The position numbers and the translations under genes were made by a program. 35,583 bases of DNA from Euryarchaeota archaeon UBA39 (GTDB lineage: Archaea > Thermoplasmatota > Poseidoniia > Poseidoniales > Thalassarchaeaceae). Position 1 is the first letter of the stretch, and every line of letters begins with the position of its first letter. The stretch lies in assembly GCA_002503045.1 (NCBI GenBank), contig DAQW01000023.1, forward strand, positions 1 to 35,583. The letters are read 5' to 3'. A model generated the notes under the pieces. The model was not told the origin of the DNA and searched no databases. It was given only the letters and a program-made list of their open reading frames with translations. Below, piece by piece: positions 9,634 through 18,122 of the stretch.

Positions 9634-10062
9634 GGGGGAGTGGCGTGATGGGGCAACTCATTGCGGGGACTCCGGTCCGGAACTACAAACCTGAGTGGTT
9701 CCGACACTTGGTCAAACAAGTGGACGGAAAGGTCGATCAACATGAGAGACCTGGATACGACAGCAAAGAGCAATCAATGCTGGAACAAATCGGGAAGCTT
9801 AGGCTGAACGAGGAGAACGCAAAAAACGCCTAGTGCGAAAACGGCTCGTACCAAATCCAGTATGCAGGAGTGAACAGAGAGGCGACTCAAAGGGAACAAA
9901 TGTGGGAGACAAAAAAAAAGCGCTTGCGTGGATTTTGAGTCAACTGGAAAGACGAACTGGAATCAAAGGAAGGGCAACCAACCTGAGAAGAAAGATCGTC
10001 ACCGCGGAGTTGAGCAGAGGGGGCGAAGCCCCCAAGCAGAACCCCCTCTGCTCGCTCCCACC
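9634..10062 (+). ncRNA. Putative large structured non-coding RNA, family not recognised
   Basis: Hand count 53% GC with A (33%) much higher than T (14%). 5'/3' closing stem, at least 9 helices with G-U pairs, two GCAA tetraloops and a pseudoknot (detailed in findings). Confidence 0.65.
10012..10053. repeat. Perfect 12-bp inverted repeat enclosing an alternative GGGGGC-GAA-GCCCCC hairpin
   Basis: GAGCAGAGGGGG (10012-10023) is the exact reverse complement of CCCCCTCTGCTC (10042-10053). Confidence 0.95.
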
Positions 10063-10190
10063 TGTCCTCATTGGACGATTCGAATCCCATACCTTCTGCT
10101 AATCAATCATTACGGTCATTTTCTTGACCAAATGCGCTTTTCTAAATTGTTCAAAGTGAAGCGCCTATATTTTCTCTTCTAATCAGAAGT

Positions 10191-11579
10191 TCACTTGGGT
10201 CCAGTCATATCTTCTGGCCGGACCCACTCATCAAACTGATCGCTAGTAAGTAATTCAAGTTCAAGTGCGCTTTCTTTCAACGTCAATCCATTTTCATGGG
10301 CATTCTTTGCAATCTTAGCTGCGGCATCATAACCAATATGGTTGTTTAATGCAGTTACAAGCATCAATGAGTTGTCAAGATGTTCGCGAATATTATTGCG
10401 ATTAGGTTGAAGGCCTTCGATGCATTTCTCCCTAAAAGAACGGCAAGAATCAGTAAGTAATGTAGCAGAATGGAGGAGATTAAAAATCATCATTGGCTTG
10501 AATACATTGAGTTCAAAATTACCTTGAGAGCCACCAACAGTAACTGCGGTATGATTCCCCATCACTTGAGCACAGACCATTGTCAAAGCTTCACATTGGG
10601 TTGGATTGACTTTTCCTGGCATGATAGAAGATCCGGGTTCATTAGCAGGTAATTCCAATTCACCTAATCCACTACGAGGGCCTGAACCAAGCCATCTTAC
10701 ATCATTTGCAATTTTCATTAATGAAACTGCAAGAACACTTAGTGAACCACTCATTGCTACAATTGAATCATGTGCAGCGAGTTGTGCAAACTTGTTTTCT
10801 GCTGAAGTGAATGGTAGTCCAGTTTGAGAAGATATCGAAGCAGCAACGCCTGATGCAAATTCAGGATGAGTATTCAGTCCAGTTCCTACCGCTGTACCGC
10901 CTAGAGCTATTTCGTAAAGTTCGTTCAAGGAGGTTTCAATTCGATTGATTGATGCATCTAATTGAGCGACCCAACCACTTACTTCTTGACCCAATGTGAG
11001 GGGTACAGCATCCATCAAATGAGTGCGACCTATTTTCACAATATCTTGCCACTCTTCTGCTTTACTTGCAAGTGCATCTCTCAATGCACGAACAGATGGA
11101 AGAACTTCGTGATGCACCGCTTCAGCAGCTGAAATATGCATTGCTGTAGGGAAGGTGTCGTTGCTTGATTGGGCCTTGTTAACGTGATCATTTGGATGGA
11201 TTGGGTCCTTGCTACCAAGTTCACCTCCAGCCATTTCAATCGCTCGATTCGCAATTACCTCATTCGCATTCATATTAGATTGAGTTCCAGAACCAGTCTG
11301 CCAAACGCTCAATGGGAAATGATCATCTAAATCTCCTGAAAGGACTTCAGATGCTGCTGAAATAATCAAGTCTGCAAGTGCTGGTTCAAGTGTCCCCAAG
11401 TCTTTGTTTGTCATGGCGGCTGCTTTCTTCAAAATTCCAAACGCACGAATTACACCGCGAGGCATTAAATCACTGCCAATATCGAAATTTATCAACGAAC
11501 GAGCTGTTTGAGCCCCCCAATAGCGATCATTTGGAACTCTTAATTCTCCCATTGTGTCTCGCTCAATTCGCTCTCCCAT
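10191..11579 (-). CDS. fumC: Class II fumarate hydratase
   Basis: [34 protein letters not shown] and [15 protein letters not shown] signature. Confidence 0.98.
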   Translation of the reverse strand: MGERIERDTMGELRVPNDRYWGAQTARSLINFDIGSDLMPRGVIRAFGILKKAAAMTNKDLGTLEPALADLIISAASEVLSGDLDDHFPLSVWQTGSGTQSNMNANEVIANRAIEMAGGELGSKDPIHPNDHVNKAQSSNDTFPTAMHISAAEAVHHEVLPSVRALRDALASKAEEWQDIVKIGRTHLMDAVPLTLGQEVSGWVAQLDASINRIETSLNELYEIALGGTAVGTGLNTHPEFASGVAASISSQTGLPFTSAENKFAQLAAHDSIVAMSGSLSVLAVSLMKIANDVRWLGSGPRSGLGELELPANEPGSSIMPGKVNPTQCEALTMVCAQVMGNHTAVTVGGSQGNFELNVFKPMMIFNLLHSATLLTDSCRSFREKCIEGLQPNRNNIREHLDNSLMLVTALNNHIGYDAAAKIAKNAHENGLTLKESALELELLTSDQFDEWVRPEDMTGPK

Positions 11580-11620
11580 GGTTTATTGTTACCAACCGAG
11601 GATTATACCCCTTTCGTTAT

Positions 11621-12799
11621 TCAACCTTGTAAAGCATGTAGAGCGGTTGCTTCGTCCGTCTCCAGACCCTTGATGCTGCCCTTCTTTTTTGCGGCTTCCC
11701 ATTTTGATAAAAGTGAACCATCGAGAAAAGAGTCCATGAACAATGGATGAATGTATGATGAGCGGCAAACGGCTCTCGTATTACCTAAATCTGCAGCAAC
11801 AGTATCAATTACTGCTAACATTGCTTTATTTCGATTTGTTTCATCTTCAATAGGTATTTTTTGATCTTCAGTAATTAATTTTTCAATGGCTTCAACTTTC
11901 TTTAATTTTTGTAGCCATGAAGCCAATTCTTTCCCAGAAATTCCTGAAGCAACTCTTGCTAATCGAGAGCCGCATTTCCACGTAGCTGCCCATGTTCTGA
12001 AATCTTTAGCTGTGAAAGATTCCCCAGTTACGTCTCGAATATAGGAATTGATATGATCTGCTTTCAAATCATTGTGATTGTCCGTTTCTAAATTATGATA
12101 ATAAAATAAATCTTGATCTTTGTGTTCATCGCCGAGTTTCTTAGTTTCAAGAATCATCTGAACTAAATCATCATCTTCTATGGTGATGTTCCAATCTTTT
12201 CCAGATTTACCTGTAAAAGAAAATACTGCGTCATGTTTCCCTTCTGCTTTCTTACCAGTAATCCGTTTAAAATGACCTTCTTTCAAAGTAGTCAGTCCAT
12301 ATGATTCATTTGACTTAGCATATTCATCACTACCAACTCGAATATTGTAAAGGTCCATTAGGTGAACAACTAGTGCACTTACCTTTTCTAATGTCATTTC
12401 TTTTGATTTCAAATCCTTATTTATTCGTGTTCTTAAACCTGGAAGAATTTCTGCAAAACTAGAAATTCCATCGAATTTCATTATTGCCTTTATTTCAATC
12501 CAATCAGGGTGATATCGGTATTGTAAACGACCCTTGTCATCTACTCCTGTTGCTTGAATATGCCCCCTATCATCAGGAGAAATCCACACCTCTTTCCAAG
12601 CAGGAGGGATCGCTAATGCATTACATTGAGTGATTCTTTTTTCATCGTTTAATCGTGTTTTATTGGGGAGGTAGTATGCCCATTCTAATGATTCTTGATC
12701 AGACGATTTTTTCAATTCTTTTCGTGAAATTCCTTTTTGGTCTCTGTCTGAAAGATTCAACTTTGCTCTCTTCAAGGCCTCATCAGTACTAAGATCCAT
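11621..12799 (-). CDS. DNA topoisomerase IB, small bacterial/poxvirus type
   Basis: LAIPPAWKEVWI, QATGVDDKGRLQYRYHP, IRVGSDEY (Arg), FTGKSGK (Lys), KDFRTW (Arg), LGNT (Asn) and CRSSYIHP (catalytic Tyr). Confidence 0.95.
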   Translation of the reverse strand: MDLSTDEALKRAKLNLSDRDQKGISRKELKKSSDQESLEWAYYLPNKTRLNDEKRITQCNALAIPPAWKEVWISPDDRGHIQATGVDDKGRLQYRYHPDWIEIKAIMKFDGISSFAEILPGLRTRINKDLKSKEMTLEKVSALVVHLMDLYNIRVGSDEYAKSNESYGLTTLKEGHFKRITGKKAEGKHDAVFSFTGKSGKDWNITIEDDDLVQMILETKKLGDEHKDQDLFYYHNLETDNHNDLKADHINSYIRDVTGESFTAKDFRTWAATWKCGSRLARVASGISGKELASWLQKLKKVEAIEKLITEDQKIPIEDETNRNKAMLAVIDTVAADLGNTRAVCRSSYIHPLFMDSFLDGSLLSKWEAAKKKGSIKGLETDEATALHALQG

Positions 12800-12841
12800 A
12801 GCGGTGCGTATGTAAGAATGAACTTGACTATTGCCCTAAAT

Positions 12842-13627
12842 TTAATTCGACGAAGATTCCAGTGAAGGATATTGAATCAATACAGAATGATTTACATCGA
12901 TGTAATCTTGACCATCATCATAACTTATGCTTAATTCGTGAGTTTCAACTGTATTGAAATGTATGGTTTTCCAAGTGGCTTGTTCTCCTTCATACACAAT
13001 TTCATTTTTACTTTGACAAGCATCTTCTTGTTCATCCAAAAGTCTCCAAGTAATCTCAACCTCACGACCACCGCCTATATTCTCGATTAAAACAGGGTTT
13101 TCTACCGTTGAATTGATGATGATGGCAGAAGGAAGGACACCTTCATTATTTGGAAACGGAATAATTGGCAATGGTGTTGGTTCGTACGTATTGGACTCAA
13201 GCCAATTGATTTGTTGTTCTATTCGAATTGTAATCGATTTATTTTCTAGATTATTATTGTCATCCATTGCATAAGCTATAATTTCATAAATCCCGTGATG
13301 TGAAAATTCTACAGATATTGTTGATTGGATATTAGGGTCAACAGAAAATATTTCACTATCATTATCAATTTGTATTCCATATTCTACCAAGTTATTTTCC
13401 GAAATAGTATTTGAAAAATCAAAATCAAGGAAAACATTTGTTGTAGAAACATGGTCGCCATCAATGTATGAGTCTACAATAGTGCCATTTGTATTCTCAT
13501 AATGAACAATTAACTCAATCCCTTTGTGATCCTGAGAATCTGATAAACAACCTACAGTGCTTGAAACTAAGAAAATAAGCACTATGCCAATTGCTGCTCT
13601 TCTAGAAGCAGTATGGTCTTCGCTCAT
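12842..13627 (-). CDS. Secreted/lipoprotein of unknown function with PKD/Ig-like segment
   Basis: RR, hydrophobic stretch and VGC lipobox-like signal; acidic and beta-rich; F.HHG.YEI..YA.D motif resembles a PKD domain. Confidence 0.7.
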   Translation of the reverse strand: MSEDHTASRRAAIGIVLIFLVSSTVGCLSDSQDHKGIELIVHYENTNGTIVDSYIDGDHVSTTNVFLDFDFSNTISENNLVEYGIQIDNDSEIFSVDPNIQSTISVEFSHHGIYEIIAYAMDDNNNLENKSITIRIEQQINWLESNTYEPTPLPIIPFPNNEGVLPSAIIINSTVENPVLIENIGGGREVEITWRLLDEQEDACQSKNEIVYEGEQATWKTIHFNTVETHELSISYDDGQDYIDVNHSVLIQYPSLESSSN

Positions 13628-13696
13628 CGAGCAAAGCCAAATGATGGATTGGTATAATTCCAGTGTTTATGGGCATCAATCACGTTCCTACGTATC

Positions 13697-15814
13697 TCAC
13701 TTATTGAGAAATACTAAGAATGCGTTTGCAGCCATCTCACAGGCATTTGCGACATCATCCAAACGCTGGAGTACGCGATACATATGCATGGCAGCTAATG
13801 CATCATCATCTCCTTGGCTGAAAACAATTGATGCGGCATCCATCTCAACAAGATCTGCCTGATGTTCAAGCAGATTCACCTCCTTGATTAGTTCGAAAAG
13901 AATGCCCTTCTCCTTACGAGAGAATCCTGAATGACTCAGATTCTTCATTTGCTCAACTGTCTCCTCATACTTTGCCACAGTAATTGAAACCATTTCACCC
14001 ATCGCAACCAATTTCTTTCTTGCCTCATCGTTCTCAAAGAGTGGCCTGAAAGATAGTTGTTCAGCAACATTTTGAGCATAATCTGCAATTCTATCCTGGC
14101 GTCCAATCATTTGCATGAAATTTTCATGGCCTATTGTGATTCGAACACCTATTCGGATTTCTTCTCTTAACTCATTCTTGATGTTGTCTGCTTCCAATTC
14201 TGCTTCAATCGTGGCGGTGATATGCTCACTAGCATCTCCTCCTTCAGCAGCAGTTGTAACCGCCAACAACATACAATCGACTGTTTTCTCAACAGCCTTT
14301 GCATGGTTATGGAACATCTCAAACGGTGTTGGTTTGAATCCTTCAGGTGAATCTATTTCTTCTGGTGATTCAGTTACAACCATGGTTAATTCATCTGCAG
14401 CCTCCTCAATTTCAGCCCTCACAAGGAAGTAACCAGTGGCACCAATTGCTAGTAGAGTCACTATAGCGACATTTGTAGGATTGCCACTAAACAGGACATA
14501 GAATAGCACTGCTCCCCCTCCTGCAACTGGAAGGCTTGCCACCCAACTGGCTGCTATTTTGCCAAAGACTCGGAAATCAACTGAAGATGCTCCTCCAGCT
14601 AAACCAACACCTACAACAGCCCCCACCAATGTATGTGTGGTAGATATGGGAACTGCCAAAAATGGCATAGAGAAAATCAGTACAGTGGTGGCTGCACCGA
14701 ATTCTGCTGCAAATCCACGAGATGGAGTGATGTGTGTAATTTTCTTCCCAATGGTATCCATGACCTTGTAACCCCAAGTTGCAACACCAATGGTAATCCC
14801 AGCACCGCCCAGCAATAGTAGGCCTATTGGAACATCAACTTGATCAGGAGAAAGTGTGCCTGTTGCAGATGTAGCGATATCATAGATTGCTGCCATTGGG
14901 CCAATAGCGTTCGCAACATCATTGGCACCATGTGCAAATGCTACGTAACATGCAGTAATTACTTGAAGCCAAATGAAGACCCTCTCTACACCTGCATATC
15001 CTTCCTCCTTGAACTCATATCGCCTTAACACAAACCATAGAATTGTACTAGCAATACTACCGATTGCTAATGCAACAAGTAAACTGTTCAGAGGAATCCA
15101 TGCTCCTTCAAGTAACGGATTGAACGTACTACCATCTTTCGGTGGTAACCAATTTGAAGAATCGATTAAACCAGCATCATCGAGGTTTTTGTAAAATCCT
15201 TTGAGGCCTTTGAATTGTAAGGCTAACCCAAGAACAAAAAAAGTAGGAAGAGCGAGAAGTGGTGCGACGCTTTTTGTTCTCTCTAATGGTTTTTCATGAT
15301 TGAAAATCACCCTACGAATTACAATAAATGAAAGAAATGCGAGGACCCCTCCTAACAAAGGAGAAGCTACCCAACTCATCACAATTTCACTCACCTTAGC
15401 CCAATTTACACTACTGGGTTGGATCCACAAACCCATTCCAATAACGCCACCTACAATGCTATGTGTTGTTGAAACTGGCAAACCAAATTTCGTTGCAATA
15501 GTTAACCAAATTGCTGCTGCAAGAAGTGCTGCCATGAATCCATACATCAAACTCTGACTTAATTCATATGAAAATCCACTATCTCCAAAATCAAGTACAC
15601 CTTTTCGAATTGTATCTGTAACATGACTTCCAAAAAAGACTGCTCCGGCAAATTCGAAAACAGCAGCGACAATAATTGCTCGACGTAGGGTCAATGCTCC
15701 GCTACCAACACTGGTCCCCATTGCATTAGCAACATCGTTTGCTCCAATGTTCCACGCCATATAGGAACAAACAATCAAGGCGACGCCGATTAGAAGCATA
15801 GTGGCAAGTTCCAC
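13697..15814 (-). CDS. PiT-family inorganic phosphate transporter fused to a C-terminal DUF47/PhoU-like domain
   Basis: Two GANDVANA signatures, PVSTTHS and PISTTHT. C-terminal helical domain with E.EAD.IK, QDRIADYA, EHQAD and LDDVANACE motifs typical of DUF47. Confidence 0.92.
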   Translation of the reverse strand: MELATMLLIGVALIVCSYMAWNIGANDVANAMGTSVGSGALTLRRAIIVAAVFEFAGAVFFGSHVTDTIRKGVLDFGDSGFSYELSQSLMYGFMAALLAAAIWLTIATKFGLPVSTTHSIVGGVIGMGLWIQPSSVNWAKVSEIVMSWVASPLLGGVLAFLSFIVIRRVIFNHEKPLERTKSVAPLLALPTFFVLGLALQFKGLKGFYKNLDDAGLIDSSNWLPPKDGSTFNPLLEGAWIPLNSLLVALAIGSIASTILWFVLRRYEFKEEGYAGVERVFIWLQVITACYVAFAHGANDVANAIGPMAAIYDIATSATGTLSPDQVDVPIGLLLLGGAGITIGVATWGYKVMDTIGKKITHITPSRGFAAEFGAATTVLIFSMPFLAVPISTTHTLVGAVVGVGLAGGASSVDFRVFGKIAASWVASLPVAGGGAVLFYVLFSGNPTNVAIVTLLAIGATGYFLVRAEIEEAADELTMVVTESPEEIDSPEGFKPTPFEMFHNHAKAVEKTVDCMLLAVTTAAEGGDASEHITATIEAELEADNIKNELREEIRIGVRITIGHENFMQMIGRQDRIADYAQNVAEQLSFRPLFENDEARKKLVAMGEMVSITVAKYEETVEQMKNLSHSGFSRKEKGILFELIKEVNLLEHQADLVEMDAASIVFSQGDDDALAAMHMYRVLQRLDDVANACEMAANAFLVFLNK

Positions 15815-15859
15815 GGGACTCCCTCAGACATTTCGGAAATAAAAATTCCTAATCGAACT

Positions 15860-16843
15860 TCAATTTGGACCTATGCCGATTTCTATCTCGTTATTCTTCC
15901 AAACACCTCGATACATCAGTGTAGTTTGAAAACCAAGATGCACCCTTCCATCAGCCATTATTGAAATCAAACCTCCTCGGCCACCGAATGGAGTTACCAT
16001 ATCTAAGACGCTGGTTGATTCTATGGCAAGATCTGCTCCTTCCATTCGCATCCTAATTGCTAATTCATGGGCAGCGCATGATCGAATGTACGCTTCCCCT
16101 ACTCCTGTGCATGAAACCGCAATATTGGCATCAGCCCAAGTCGCTGCACCAATGATTGGAGTGTCACCTACTCGACCAAATGGTTTGCCAGTCATTCCAC
16201 CAGTACTCGTTGCAGCTGCAAGAATTCCATGGCTATCTAATGCAACAGCACCTACGGTGCCCATTCCTGGTGGGTCATCGCTAAATTCAGTTTCAACTCG
16301 ACCTTCTAAATCATGATCTAAAACTGCATCATCTTCATCTGTAGAGCCGATTTCTGAACGAGTGTCTTTCCACTTTTTCCATTGCGCTTTTCTAAGTTCT
16401 GTAATCAAATATTCAGAGTTTACTTCCTCTACTCCTGATTCAATGCCAAAACTATCTGCAGCATCTCCATTCAACATTACTGGCCAACCCTTCTGTAGAA
16501 TTGCATTAGCTACACGAATTGGATTTCGGACTTTTTTGACATTAATCACGGCCCCTGCTGCTTGATCTGCGCCCCTCATAATACTGGCATCCATGGTTAT
16601 TTTTCCACCCTCATCCAAAACTGAACCTTTACCAGCATTGAACAATGGTTCATCTTCTAACATCTCAACTGCTAGAGTTACTGCCTCGAGTGCATCAATT
16701 CCATCGGAAAGTAATGAGCCAACTGTAGATAGTACGGTTTCCATGCAGGAGACTCTTTCTGGATCAAGGGAAGTCATCCCTTTCCAAGGACCATCTCCTC
16801 CAGCTCCACCGTGAATTACTAGCACAGGGCCAGCCATTTCCAT
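15860..16843 (-). CDS. iaaA: Isoaspartyl peptidase/L-asparaginase (type 2, Ntn hydrolase)
   Basis: IHGGAG, LEDEPLFNAGKGS, MDASIM, G-TVGAVA autocleavage site, STGG, GRVGDTP and CTGVGE. Confidence 0.93.
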   Translation of the reverse strand: MEMAGPVLVIHGGAGGDGPWKGMTSLDPERVSCMETVLSTVGSLLSDGIDALEAVTLAVEMLEDEPLFNAGKGSVLDEGGKITMDASIMRGADQAAGAVINVKKVRNPIRVANAILQKGWPVMLNGDAADSFGIESGVEEVNSEYLITELRKAQWKKWKDTRSEIGSTDEDDAVLDHDLEGRVETEFSDDPPGMGTVGAVALDSHGILAAATSTGGMTGKPFGRVGDTPIIGAATWADANIAVSCTGVGEAYIRSCAAHELAIRMRMEGADLAIESTSVLDMVTPFGGRGGLISIMADGRVHLGFQTTLMYRGVWKNNEIEIGIGPN

Positions 16844-16846
16844 CAC

Positions 16847-17404
16847 TCACATTCGAGTAACTGAAATGATTTCTTGTGGGGTTGTAGGTCTATCTCCATA
16901 ACCGGTTTGAGTTGTTTCAATTGCTGTTACGACATCCATTCCAGAAACTACCTTTCCAAAAACAGGATGAGCAGATTGACCTGGACCAAACCAATCAAGG
17001 AAATTATTGTGTTTGGTGTTGATGAAAAATTGAGAGCCGCCAGAATTTGGACGGCCGGTATTAGCCATAGAAAGAGTTCCAATTTCATTGCTGAATTTTT
17101 GAGTCAACTCATCTGGAATGTTTCCCCCTCGATCACGAACAATTGCTTGTCCATCAGAAGTTGTGTATGTTCCACCGCCATCCGGGCCACCAGTACCGGC
17201 TCGAGGAGAATTAGGATCCTTGGAATTTGGGCATCCACCTTGCAACATAAATCCTTGAATTACTCTGTGAAAATGTAGACCGTCATAATACCCTTTTTCT
17301 GCTAAATCCAGAAAATTACCTGCTGTTATCGGCATTGTATCCGTAAATAGTTCAATCGTGATTTCTCCTGCTGTGGTCTTCATGAGGACATTTGTTCCTG
17401 CCAT
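16847..17404 (-). CDS. Cyclophilin-type peptidyl-prolyl cis-trans isomerase
   Basis: [37 protein letters not shown] and HPVFGKV. Confidence 0.97.
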   Translation of the reverse strand: MAGTNVLMKTTAGEITIELFTDTMPITAGNFLDLAEKGYYDGLHFHRVIQGFMLQGGCPNSKDPNSPRAGTGGPDGGGTYTTSDGQAIVRDRGGNIPDELTQKFSNEIGTLSMANTGRPNSGGSQFFINTKHNNFLDWFGPGQSAHPVFGKVVSGMDVVTAIETTQTGYGDRPTTPQEIISVTRM

Positions 17405-17434
17405 GTCACTCCCAACATAAGGAAGGATTTAGCC

Positions 17435-18025
17435 TCATGCATTGACAATATCTGAAAGGGTTAACAGAGGGAAAAGTGGTATTTCAGCATCTGCAAAGGC
17501 ATCGGAACCGCCCTCTTCTCTATCAAGAATGGTAATACAGCCAACAATCTCACACCCCATTTCTACCAAACGTTGGCATGCTTGTAATGCTGATCCACCA
17601 GTAGTAGTGACGTCTTCTAAAATTAAACATCTATCTCCTGAAACAAGAGTTGATCCTTCTATTCCTGGTGGGTTTCCAGTCTTTCTTCCACCCCTTCCTT
17701 TCGGCTCCTTTCGGATGATGAATCCTCGTAATTCACTTCCCGAAGGAGCTTTTGCGATTGCAATCCCTGTCAATGGAACTGCTCCCAATTCCAATCCTCC
17801 GATTGCGTCAATGGAACCCATCTGGTTTACCTTATTATGAATCAATACACCGAGTAAATGAGCACATTCTGGATCACACATTACTGGCTTCATATCAAAG
17901 AAATGAGGAGAAATCCTTCCCGATGCAAGAGTAAATGGATCATCTGGTTGATGCAAGTACGCAAGGGTTCGAACACGATCTGCAAGAGTTGCTCTAGCAC
18001 TTTCGGGGGTTGTAGTCTCCGCCAT
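17435..18025 (-). CDS. pyrE: Orotate phosphoribosyltransferase
   Basis: FTLASGRISPHFFD, GGLELGAVP, IIRKEPK and ILEDVTTTGGS PRPP loop. Start taken at MAETT (18025). Confidence 0.95.
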   Translation of the reverse strand: MAETTTPESARATLADRVRTLAYLHQPDDPFTLASGRISPHFFDMKPVMCDPECAHLLGVLIHNKVNQMGSIDAIGGLELGAVPLTGIAIAKAPSGSELRGFIIRKEPKGRGGRKTGNPPGIEGSTLVSGDRCLILEDVTTTGGSALQACQRLVEMGCEIVGCITILDREEGGSDAFADAEIPLFPLLTLSDIVNA

Positions 18026-18122
18026 GGTAGTTCCTAACTTAGACGATGAATGAAGGTTCGCAGCCATTTAGCGATTTGTTCATGTAGCGTCATTCAACAG
18101 AGGAGGCTCCCGAGGGTTGGAA

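Noticed and set aside
9660-9673. Group I intron P-element-like AUUGCGGGGACUCC
   Set aside because: No matching Q, R or S elements, and no interrupted host gene.
9833-9847. Group II intron hints (GTGCG on +, GAGCCG on -)
   Set aside because: No domain V hairpin follows, and no reverse transcriptase/maturase is present.
9942-9962. Direct repeat AACTGGAA x2 (and ACCTGAG at 9689 and 9981) as a CRISPR-like or array repeat
   Set aside because: Too short, only two copies, no regular spacing and no cas genes.
9634-10062. RNase P RNA or SRP RNA identity for the structured element
   Set aside because: No GAGGAAAGUCC-like CR-I or matching CR-V/P4 on either strand. No SRP helix-8 (CAGG..GGAA..AGCA) motif, and the element is too long and branched for archaeal SRP. 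A highly divergent form cannot be excluded without a covariance-model search.
10073-10088. tRNA T-loop-like TTCGAATCCC
   Set aside because: It lacks the G before TTC and a 5-bp T stem, and no cloverleaf can be built upstream; it is only the palindrome GATTCGAATC.
11621-12799. Tyrosine recombinase/integrase marking an integrated element
   Set aside because: Motifs are specifically those of TopoIB; no att repeats, tRNA target or viral/plasmid genes flank it.
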